In this document: positions 19,999 to 28,070 of the stretch, one piece after another | Layout of the letters: each line of letters starts with the position of its first letter | How positions within the stretch are numbered: the first letter of the stretch is position 1 | NCBI GenBank assembly: GCA_964390495.1 | Contig: CAYMIN010000008.1 | Location: forward strand, 92,831-156,830 | Direction of reading: 5' to 3' | DNA length: 64,000 nucleotides | From: an uncultured Armatimonadia bacterium | GTDB taxonomy: Bacteria > Armatimonadota > Zipacnadia > Zipacnadales > UBA11051 | Translations under genes and position numbers: made by a program | Notes under the pieces: model-generated | The model's input: the letters and a program-made list of their open reading frames with translations, nothing else | Database searches by the model: none | What the model was told of the DNA's origin: nothing

Positions 19999-20457
19999 AT
20001 GAGTCCTGAGGTTATCATCGCAGCACTAATCAGTCTGGTTCTCTGGGGCGTCGGTGGAGTCTTCGACAAGCTGGCGCTCAATGCCATGCGCGGGCTCTCG
20101 CCGGTGACTGCGGTGATGGCGCGGATGCCTTTTGCCGTGCTGGTTGTCGGCATTGCGGGTTGGTACATGGGCATGTGGGATGATCTGCAGCGGATGGCCC
20201 CGATGACCTTTATCTATTTGGCCGCCAGTGCGCTGCTGGCAGCGGTGTTAGGGCAGGCGGCCTATTTCTTTGCAGCCGGCGGCGGCGAGATCTCCAAGGT
20301 GGTCGTCTTCACCTCCGCATGGCCTCTGGTGACGGTATTTGTAGCGGCGGCCTGGCTAGGGGAGAGTCTGGCCTGGCAGAAGCTGCTGGGAACTGCCTTG
20401 GTCATCAGCGGCCTGATGGTCCTCGCTATCCCCGGCAAGCCCAGAGAAAAATCATAA
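19999..20457 (+). CDS. half-size EamA-domain (DMT superfamily) membrane protein, paralogue 1
   Basis: A single EamA-like hydrophobic domain of ~150 aa. About 35% identity to the paralogue at 20845 (WGVGGV.DK.ALN.M.G.SP.TA, VFTS..P..TVF.AA..LGE.L.W.KL.GT..V..GLM.L). Confidence 0.6.
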   Translation: MSPEVIIAALISLVLWGVGGVFDKLALNAMRGLSPVTAVMARMPFAVLVVGIAGWYMGMWDDLQRMAPMTFIYLAASALLAAVLGQAAYFFAAGGGEISKVVVFTSAWPLVTVFVAAAWLGESLAWQKLLGTALVISGLMVLAIPGKPREKS

Positions 20458-20479
20458 CTACTCACCGAACCCCGTTTTG

Positions 20480-20670
20480 ATTCCCCCTTCCCGGGTACCC
20501 ACGCCGAAGGCGTGGGTGAGGAAGGGGGCTAGGCGGTTAGGCCGCATTATTCATGAACGCGTAGGTCGGGCATCTCTAGCTTGCATTGTTCGCGAAGGCG
20601 TAGGTCGGGCTTTCTAGCCCGACGCCGTTACCAGTCACGGACCAGCCAGGCTAGAAAGCCTGGCCTACGT
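20480..20670. repeat. repeat cluster: module C, tandem module D (one partial, one full), then module E hairpin (ccaggctagaaagcctgg)
   Basis: Module C here is about 90% identical to the copy at 18134. The cluster occupies most of the 387-bp spacer between the two EamA paralogues. Confidence 0.7.
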
Positions 20671-20844
20671 GGGGTTGCACTGTGTCATTTTCGAGATATT
20701 TTAGGAAAGGGCGCTGTGCGGCTGGCAATGGCCTTTGCCGGCAGTTTCGCCTCATCTGCGATGGTCTTCGTGAATAGTGCGGGTTAGGCCAAGCCACAAC
20801 ACCTCTGCCAACGGCGTTGTCTGCGGGCCTGAAGGGATCAAGCC

Positions 20845-21291
20845 TTGAAGAGATACGTGCTTATCGGCTGTCTGATAGCGATTATCAGTTGGGGTGTAGG
20901 TGGTGTCATTGACAAAGTGGCGCTTAACACCATGTCGGGGATGTCGCCGCTGACGGCGCAGTTCTTCCGTTTCGCCGTCGCCACGCTGGCGTTGTGGATA
21001 TGCGGGGCGTTCACCGGCTTCTACGGCCAGGTGTGCCGCTTGAGCCCTCGCGCCTGGCTCTACATTGTCCTCAGCGGCCTTTTCGGAGTTGGGGTCGGGG
21101 GAGCGACATACCTGTTCGCGGTGCAGCTTGGTGAGGTCTCGGAAGTCGCGGTGTTTACTTCGGGCTATCCGGTCCTGACGGTATTCCTGGCGGCCCCGTG
21201 CCTGGGCGAGAAGCTGACGTGGAACAAACTGGTCGGCACTCTCATGGTTGTCGGCGGCCTGATGATGCTCTCCCTCTTCAACGGCGTCTAG
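20845..21291 (+). CDS. half-size EamA-domain (DMT superfamily) membrane protein, paralogue 2
   Basis: See the paralogue 1 entry (19999-20457). Confidence 0.6.
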   Translation: MKRYVLIGCLIAIISWGVGGVIDKVALNTMSGMSPLTAQFFRFAVATLALWICGAFTGFYGQVCRLSPRAWLYIVLSGLFGVGVGGATYLFAVQLGEVSEVAVFTSGYPVLTVFLAAPCLGEKLTWNKLVGTLMVVGGLMMLSLFNGV

Positions 21292-21304
21292 CGGACTTGC
21301 CGTC

Positions 21305-22186
21305 CTATTCCTCTGCCGATTCCTCTACTACGTCCAGCGCCATCTGGTACGCCGTGTTGCGCGACATCGAGGTCAGCCTCGCTACAACGTCGGCCGCGCT
21401 CTTGACCGACACGCCGGATTCGAGAAGCTGCTGCAGCGTCGCCCGAACCGCTGCTTCATCAACCGCGGCTTCGCTGACCTCGTCGCCGGCCTCAATGACT
21501 ATCACGAACTCCCCACGCGGCTCATTCTCGGCAAAATGCCGGGCAAGCTCGGCGAGCGGCCCGCGCACGAACTCCTCGAACTTCTTGGTAATCTCGCGGC
21601 CCACCACCGCATATCTGTCGCCGGCGATTCCAGATAGCTCCTCCAGCGTGGGCCGCAGCCGCTGCGGAGCCTCGTAGAGCACCACGGTCCACGGCTGGGA
21701 GGCGACGAGCCTGAAGAACTCCGCCCGCTCTCGGCCCTGGCGCGGCGGATAGCCCAGAAACAGGAAGCGGTCGGCGTTGATACCCGAGGCGCTGAGGGCG
21801 GCGGTAAGGGCGCTGGGACCGGGGATGGGGCAGACGGTGATGCCGGCCTCCACGGCGGCTCTGACCAGCTTCGCCCCGGGGTCAGAGACTGCCGGCGTTC
21901 CGGCGTCGCTGACATATGCCACAATCTGGCGCTGGCGCAGGCGCTCGATGATCCGCTCCAGCTTGGCCGCCCCGCTGTCACCGTGGAAGCTCTCGGTCGG
22001 CTTCTCGATGCCGAAGTGTGACATCAGCTTGGCGATGCGGCGGGTGTCTTCGGCGGCGATCAGGTCGGCGTATTGCAGGGCCTCCAGGGCCCGCTCGGAG
22101 ATGTCGCTGAGGTTGCCGATCGGGGTCGCCACGATCAGCAGCAGTCCGGACGATCGCGGACGGGAAGACGCGGCTATGGCCTTCAC
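21305..22186 (-). CDS. rsmI: 16S rRNA (cytidine1402-2'-O)-methyltransferase
   Basis: Tetrapyrrole-methylase fold motifs LLIVATPIGNLSDIS and DLIAAEDTR, and the expected length. Confidence 0.75.
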   Translation of the reverse strand: MKAIAASSRPRSSGLLLIVATPIGNLSDISERALEALQYADLIAAEDTRRIAKLMSHFGIEKPTESFHGDSGAAKLERIIERLRQRQIVAYVSDAGTPAVSDPGAKLVRAAVEAGITVCPIPGPSALTAALSASGINADRFLFLGYPPRQGRERAEFFRLVASQPWTVVLYEAPQRLRPTLEELSGIAGDRYAVVGREITKKFEEFVRGPLAELARHFAENEPRGEFVIVIEAGDEVSEAAVDEAAVRATLQQLLESGVSVKSAADVVARLTSMSRNTAYQMALDVVEESAEE

Positions 22187-22206
22187 ACCTCGCTACTTGC
22201 TGCGGT

Positions 22207-23001
22207 CTAGCTGTTCACCCAGCAGTCACAGACATCGCAGGCCTTGGGCATCCGCCGTTTGAAGGCATTGCGCTCGACCAGGGCAAACACACGCTCCACC
22301 GCCTCAGCCTTAGCGCCCTCGGCGGCTATGGCTTCGGCGTCTTTGCCCAGTTCGAGCATGTTATACAGGATCCAGTCGGCCTGCTCGTAACTCAGGCCCA
22401 GTTCCCCCTCATCGGTCTGTCCCGGCCACAGGTCGGCTGAGGGCGCTTTATCAATGATTGCCTGCGGCACGCCCAGATACGCTGCGAGCTGTCGCACCTG
22501 GGTCTTGTACAGGTCCCCAATCGGGACAATCCCGGCGGCCATATCGCCCCACATGGTCGTATAGCCCAGCATCCCCTCGGTCTTGTTGCCGGTGCCGATG
22601 ACCATGGCGTGGTGCACTTTGGCCATATCGTAGATGACGCTCATGCGCTCTCTGGCCATCTTGTTGGCTCGCCGAATCTGGCCGGCCTCCGGGAAGCGCG
22701 CGAAGTAGCTGTCTATCTGCGGCGTGATCTCGATTACCTCGAAGGCGACACCGAGCTCGGCGGCCACCAGGCAGGCGTGCTCCTGACTGGTCGGGTTGCT
22801 GGTGGCATAGGGCATGTTATAGGCCCGGAAATTGTCGGGGCCAATCGCACGGAGGGTCAGATACGCCGACACCGCCGAATCCAGGCCGCCGGACAGCGCG
22901 ATCACCGCACCATCGAGGCCCGGCTGTGCGATGGCCTCGCGGATGAAGCCGGCGATCCTGTCGGCAGTCGCCTGTTCGTCTATGGCCAGCTCTTCCAGCA
23001 T
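22207..23001 (-). CDS. nadE: NH3-dependent NAD+ synthetase
   Basis: PP-loop SGGLDSAV, plus GTGNKTE and GDLYKTQV motifs. Confidence 0.8.
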   Translation of the reverse strand: MLEELAIDEQATADRIAGFIREAIAQPGLDGAVIALSGGLDSAVSAYLTLRAIGPDNFRAYNMPYATSNPTSQEHACLVAAELGVAFEVIEITPQIDSYFARFPEAGQIRRANKMARERMSVIYDMAKVHHAMVIGTGNKTEGMLGYTTMWGDMAAGIVPIGDLYKTQVRQLAAYLGVPQAIIDKAPSADLWPGQTDEGELGLSYEQADWILYNMLELGKDAEAIAAEGAKAEAVERVFALVERNAFKRRMPKACDVCDCWVNS

Positions 23002-23018
23002 CGCTTCGCCAATCGCGA

Positions 23019-24710
23019 CTAGGGGATGTTCATCGGCATAAACGGCATGCCACCGCCCATGCCCGTCTCGCGGACATATTCCAGGTACTCGTCAATCCAC
23101 TTCTGTTCCTTGGTGGCCAGGTCGTCTTTGTTCATTTCCTCGAACTGCTGCTTGAGTTGCACGTGCGTTCTGTAATCCTTCTCGATGTACGACCGCGCCC
23201 AGTCCGAAGCCGACTTGAACGAGCTAATCGCCCTTTCCTCGTCGCCTTTATCCAGCAGCAACTCGCCCAGCCTCATATGCGCGCGCGGCGAGGTCGCCCC
23301 CTGCTCGCTGGCCGTGATACTCTCCAGCATCGTGATTGCCTGCTCCAGTTGGCCGGTCTCCTCATAAATCTCGGCCAGTTCGTAGGCCGCCACGATGTTC
23401 TCCGGATCGCTGGCCACAGCCTGCTCAATGTATTTCACACCTTCGGCGGTCTTACCCTCGTCGAGCAGTTGGTAGGCCTTCAGCTCCGCATCAATGATCT
23501 CGATATCGGCCTGCTCCTGCAATTGCTGCAGGTATTCTCCCCAGGCCCGGTACCTGGCCTGCGCCAGCGCCTGCTGCCGGTATCGCTCTTTGTCTTCCTC
23601 GAAGTCATCCGGAATCTCCGCGCGCCGGTCTTCGACCTTGATTATGTGATAACCGAAGCTGGTCTCGATCACCTCGCTGACCTGTCCCGGCTTCAGCGCG
23701 AAGGCCGCTTTCTCGAACTCAGGCACCATGCGGCCTTTCCTGAACCAGCCCAGCTCACCGCCCTCTGCGGCATTGCTGTCATCGTCGCTGTACTGCTTAG
23801 CCAGCTTGGCGAAGTCGGCGCCGCCCTTGATCTTGCCCAGCAATTCCTCCGCGAGCGCCTTAGCTTTCTGTTTGGCCTGCTCCTCGGAGATCTGCTCCTC
23901 GACGCGGCTTTTGGGCTCCTCGGTTCTCTCAGCCGCCTCTTTGGCCTTAGCGCCTTCAGCTTCTTCGTTTGAGGCCTTGGCGGCTTGGTCGTCCGTGGCC
24001 TCGGCCTGCTTTTCGTCTTCCCTCATGCCGGCGGGCGTAATCAGAATATGTCGCGCCTTGACCTCGGTGAAGCTGTCCTTGAGCTGTTCGTCGCTCATGG
24101 CCGCAGCCGCTTCGACTTTCTCCTTGAGCTTGGCTAGCTGCAGATTGGTCCTGAACGTGTCCTCATCCGGCAAAGCCTTGCGGATACTGTCGCGCAGTTG
24201 TTCCAGGGAGATCCGCTTGCGCTCCAGATAATCGCGTAGCGACTTCTTATCCGGAAAGCGCCGCTGCAGTTCCTCCTCGACCATCTGGTCTTTCTCAGCC
24301 TCGACGTCCTGGTTCGTGATCTTGATATGTTCGCGCTTGGCCGCCTCCTGCTGAAGCTGCCGGCTGATTATCCCTTGCAGCACGTTAGTTTTCAGAAAGC
24401 GCATCTCGGTCGGGTCGAGCTGTTGGGCGAAGCGCCTCTCGGCCAGAGCGAACTCCATGTAGTAATCCTGACGCAAAACCTGCTTGGAGTTGATGGTGGC
24501 GACTATGTTGCTGAGCTGCTTGGGTTTCTGGCCGGCGGCCTCGCGGGCCGCTCGCGACGGCGGCCCGAAGGAGAAGTAGGTACCGATCAGCAGCGCGATG
24601 ATTATCAACACGAATATCATCATTGCCGGACTCAGCAGTTCCAGCCGGCGTTTGCCTTTGCCGACCTTAACGGGTCGGCTGAAGAACTTCCGCATGCGCA
24701 TAATGGACAT
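23019..24710 (-). CDS. membrane-anchored parvulin-type peptidyl-prolyl cis-trans isomerase (PrsA/SurA-like) with a C-terminal TPR-like region
   Basis: N-terminal TM helix. PpiC-domain motifs ARHIL, GGELGWF and FGYHIIKV. Confidence 0.65.
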   Translation of the reverse strand: MSIMRMRKFFSRPVKVGKGKRRLELLSPAMMIFVLIIIALLIGTYFSFGPPSRAAREAAGQKPKQLSNIVATINSKQVLRQDYYMEFALAERRFAQQLDPTEMRFLKTNVLQGIISRQLQQEAAKREHIKITNQDVEAEKDQMVEEELQRRFPDKKSLRDYLERKRISLEQLRDSIRKALPDEDTFRTNLQLAKLKEKVEAAAAMSDEQLKDSFTEVKARHILITPAGMREDEKQAEATDDQAAKASNEEAEGAKAKEAAERTEEPKSRVEEQISEEQAKQKAKALAEELLGKIKGGADFAKLAKQYSDDDSNAAEGGELGWFRKGRMVPEFEKAAFALKPGQVSEVIETSFGYHIIKVEDRRAEIPDDFEEDKERYRQQALAQARYRAWGEYLQQLQEQADIEIIDAELKAYQLLDEGKTAEGVKYIEQAVASDPENIVAAYELAEIYEETGQLEQAITMLESITASEQGATSPRAHMRLGELLLDKGDEERAISSFKSASDWARSYIEKDYRTHVQLKQQFEEMNKDDLATKEQKWIDEYLEYVRETGMGGGMPFMPMNIP

Positions 24711-24819
24711 AAATTACCAGACTCCTCACGACTGTAACGCCGGCTTGGTTGCTGCTGCTGCCGTCAGTTGTTACTGTTTGTGGATGAGCATCGGGTGGTG
24801 ACGTTTTCGGCGTGTGTGT

Positions 24820-24882
24820 GCTTCCGCCGAGAATCCGGCCCAGCCGTTGCCTTGAGTCGTTGAAACGGGCCGCCAACGGCCC
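24820..24882. repeat. module B followed by an X-like module (cttccgccgagaatccggcccag | ccgttgccttgagtcgttgaaacGGGCCGccaaCGGCCC), immediately 3' of thiC
   Basis: Same modules as at 9019 and 18279, but in the opposite order. The terminal hairpin may double as the thiC terminator. Confidence 0.65.
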
Positions 24883-26157
24883 TCAGCCCTTCTTCCCCAG
24901 TTTCACTTTCATGGAACAGAATCGCCCGCACATCGAGCAGGCTTTCGGATCCAGACTGCCGCGCTCCCCGCGCACATCAATAACGCGGCCCGGATTGAGC
25001 GCCAGTTCCCGCATCCTTTCCCAGTCCAGCGCGGCTCGCGCCCTGCTCATTTCATCATCCCAGTCGCGCGCGCCGGGGACGCCTTTGACTATATCGGCGG
25101 AGTGGGCGGCGATCCGGCTGGCCATCACACCATCCCACACGTCCTGCGCGTTGGGGAGTCCCAGATGCTCGGCGGGCGTCACGTAGCAGAGAAAGTCAGC
25201 GCCGGCGGCGGCACAGATCGCCCCGCCGATCGCCCCGGTGATATGGTCGTAGCCGGGCGCGATGTCGGTAGTCAGCGGCCCCAGCACATAGAAAGGCGCG
25301 CCGTGGCAAAGCTCTTTCTCCAAAATCACATTGGCCGCGATCTGGTCCAGGGGCATGTGCCCGGGGCCTTCGACAAACACCTGCACACCGGCGGCTCGCG
25401 CGCGGGCAACTAGGTGGCCCAGCACGCGCGTCTCGGCGACTTGCCCGGCGTCGGTGGCATCGGCGACGGCGCCCGGACGCAGCCCGTCGCCCAGGCTGAT
25501 GGCCGTCCGGTGCCGCAGGCAGATCTCCAGCACCTGATCATAGTACTCGTACAGCGGATTCTCGCCACCGGTAAGTTGCATCCACCGCGCCAGCATCGAG
25601 CCGCCGCGGCTGACGACATCGCAGATCCGCTCATCTCGTTGCAGCGCTGCGACCGTTTCCTGGGTCACCCCGCAGTGCAGTGTCAGGAAATCAATACCGT
25701 CGGCGGCGTGCCTCTCCACGACCTCAAGTACCTGCTCGGCGGTGATGTCGGAGATCTTGCCATCGTCGCCCAGTTCGGCGATTACCTGATAGATCGGCAC
25801 CGTGCCCATAGCCACCGGACAGGCGGCCCGGATCTCCTTACGGATTACGTCCAGGTCCCCGCCGGTGGAAAGGTCCATTACCGCATCCGCACCTGCCGTG
25901 ACGGCGACCTCCAGCTTATCCAGCTCATCCTGCAATGTTGAGAGGTCGGGCGAGGTCCCGATATTGGCGTTGACTTTGGTGCGCAGACCCTTGCCGATGC
26001 CCATCGGCTTGGCCGCGCCCTCGGGCGAGCCCATCACGACGATGCTGCCGTTCTCCAGGCCCTGGTAAATGGCCTCTGGCGCGCACTTCTCATCTTCCGC
26101 CACCGCCTCAACAGTGGCGGCCGGTATCTTGTCGTAGTCCTTCAACGGTATATTCAT
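24883..26157 (-). CDS. thiC: phosphomethylpyrimidine synthase
   Basis: The full sequence matches ThiC (radical-SAM C-terminal CSMCG.FC). ATG at 26157 has a GAGAAGG RBS; the ORF opens at GTG 26178. Confidence 0.85.
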   Translation of the reverse strand: MNIPLKDYDKIPAATVEAVAEDEKCAPEAIYQGLENGSIVVMGSPEGAAKPMGIGKGLRTKVNANIGTSPDLSTLQDELDKLEVAVTAGADAVMDLSTGGDLDVIRKEIRAACPVAMGTVPIYQVIAELGDDGKISDITAEQVLEVVERHAADGIDFLTLHCGVTQETVAALQRDERICDVVSRGGSMLARWMQLTGGENPLYEYYDQVLEICLRHRTAISLGDGLRPGAVADATDAGQVAETRVLGHLVARARAAGVQVFVEGPGHMPLDQIAANVILEKELCHGAPFYVLGPLTTDIAPGYDHITGAIGGAICAAAGADFLCYVTPAEHLGLPNAQDVWDGVMASRIAAHSADIVKGVPGARDWDDEMSRARAALDWERMRELALNPGRVIDVRGERGSLDPKACSMCGRFCSMKVKLGKKG

Positions 26158-26298
26158 GGGGTCTATACGCCTTCTCACGCGCTACTGGTGATTGGATTGC
26201 AGCCGGCTTGCAGCCTTGTCGTGTCGGTTGGCCGCCGCCTGGAAAAAGTGTGCACAATTATAGCTTTGGCGAGTCCGCTTTGCAAGCTGCGCCGTCGC

Positions 26299-27804
26299 CT
26301 ACTGCTCGTCTTCATCATCGCCGCTCGGGGCCAGTTTGCCCTCGCGCGAAAGCTCGGCGGCGCGCCGCAATCGCGCCGCCACGTCATCCCGCGCCAGCAG
26401 TTCCAGCAGATGAAACAGGCTGGGGCCGATGGTGGTGCCGGTCACTGCCGCCCGGCAGGGGTGGATCACCTTACCCGCGCCCACTCCCATCGCCTCGGCT
26501 AGGCCGCGGATAGTGCTCTCGACGGTCTCGGCATTCCACTCCTCGAGGGCCTCAAAGCCCTCGGCGAGCCGCTCCAGGACCTCCGCGGCTCCTTCCTTAT
26601 TCAGCCACTTGCTGCGGGCCCGGTTTTCGTACTCGTAGTCATCGCTGAAGAAGTAGCGCGCCCAGGTGGTGTAGGTGCTCAGCAGTTTCGCCCGCTCCTG
26701 CATGAGTCCGACGACCCGGGTGAGCCATTGCCAGCGCTCTGGGGACGGCTCTGGTTCCATCAGTCCGGCCGCCACCAGCCAGGGATGGACCCGCTCGGCC
26801 AACTCACCGGGATTCATCTGCTTCATATACTCGCCGTTCATCCATTCGGCCTTTTTCAGATCGAATACCGACGGCGCTTTGTTGCAGGCCTCCAGCGAAA
26901 AGCGATTGACGATCTCCTCCTGCGGCATTATCTCTTGTTCGTCACCCGGCGACCAGCCTAGCAGGGCCAGGAAGTTGAACATCGCCTCCGGCAGGTATCC
27001 TAGCTCCTGGTACTCCATCACACTGACTGCGCCGTGGCGTTTGGAGAGCTTGGTACGGTCCTCGCCCAGGATCAGCGGCAGGTGTGCGTAATGCGGATGC
27101 GGCAGGCCCAGTGCCTCCTGCAGTTGCAGATGCACCTGCGTATTGGGCAGATGGCCGGCACCCCGGATCACGTGGGTGATCCCCATCGCCGCATCATCAA
27201 CCACTACTGCTAGATGGTAGGTGGGGAAGCCCGACTGCTTCAAGATCACCGGATCGCCGGACAGGTTGTTATCATAGACGACCTCGCCCTGGATCGTGTC
27301 ATTGACGACCGTATTGCCGGTTTGTTTCATCTTGAGGCGGATACAGGGCTGGCGACCTTCGCCGGCCAGCTTGGCCCGCTCCGCTTCGCTGAGGGTTCGG
27401 CATTTGCCGTCGTACTTGGGCGGCAGGCCCTGGGCGCGCATGATTTCCCGCCGCTCTTGTACCTCTGCGGGCGTGCAATAGCACGGGTAGGCCTTGCCCT
27501 GCTCGACTAGCTGATTGACCTTCTGTTCGTATAGCTCCAGGCGCTGTGACTGGATGTATGGGCCGTAAGGCCCGCCGACATCGGGACCTTCATCCCAGTC
27601 AATCCCCAGCCATTTCAGCCCACCGTAGATCACCTGGAGAGCCTCGGGGGTGGAGCGCAGTTCGTCGGTATCCTCGATCCGCAGGATGACGGCTCCGCCG
27701 TTGTTACGCGCAAACAACCAGTTAAACAGCGCGGTATGAGCGTTACCGACGTGCATGCTACCAGTTGGTGACGGGGCAAATCGGGTCCTTATATCCTCTG
27801 ACAT
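26299..27804 (-). CDS. gltX: glutamate--tRNA ligase
   Basis: RTRFAPSPTG.MHVGNA HIGH region and a KLSKR motif. Start taken at MSEDIRTRF; the ORF opens 11 codons upstream. Confidence 0.85.
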   Translation of the reverse strand: MSEDIRTRFAPSPTGSMHVGNAHTALFNWLFARNNGGAVILRIEDTDELRSTPEALQVIYGGLKWLGIDWDEGPDVGGPYGPYIQSQRLELYEQKVNQLVEQGKAYPCYCTPAEVQERREIMRAQGLPPKYDGKCRTLSEAERAKLAGEGRQPCIRLKMKQTGNTVVNDTIQGEVVYDNNLSGDPVILKQSGFPTYHLAVVVDDAAMGITHVIRGAGHLPNTQVHLQLQEALGLPHPHYAHLPLILGEDRTKLSKRHGAVSVMEYQELGYLPEAMFNFLALLGWSPGDEQEIMPQEEIVNRFSLEACNKAPSVFDLKKAEWMNGEYMKQMNPGELAERVHPWLVAAGLMEPEPSPERWQWLTRVVGLMQERAKLLSTYTTWARYFFSDDYEYENRARSKWLNKEGAAEVLERLAEGFEALEEWNAETVESTIRGLAEAMGVGAGKVIHPCRAAVTGTTIGPSLFHLLELLARDDVAARLRRAAELSREGKLAPSGDDEDEQ

Positions 27805-27950
27805 TGCTTCTGCTCTTTCATGCACCTTGATAGGCATTTACTGACTTGTTGGTATTGAGGCTTGTACTATGGTTTACACATCTCAGCAGTTGCCCCGTAG
27901 TCCGTGCCCCCCGCATATCATCCCGTAGCTCGGGCATCCCAGCACCCTCC

Positions 27951-28050
27951 GCGTAGTTCGGGCTTTCCAGCCCGACAGCCGTTGCCGTTGCTGCTTGCCG
28001 TTATGCCTCTCCCTGTGGGAGAGGGCTAGGGTCAGGGCTGCCGTTGCCGC
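27951..28050. repeat. modules D + A (cgcgtagttcGGGCtttccaGCCCgacagccgttgcc | gttatgCCTCTCCCtgtgGGAGAGGGctagggtcagggctgccgttgcc)
   Basis: Same module order as inside the cluster at 18248-18406. Confidence 0.7.
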
Positions 28051-28070
28051 ATGCCGGCCCCTAAACCCGG

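Noticed and set aside
26179-26298. Expected TPP riboswitch upstream of thiC
   Set aside because: Reverse-complement inspection shows no THI-box conserved segments. It is recorded as a finding (possible absence) rather than as a feature.
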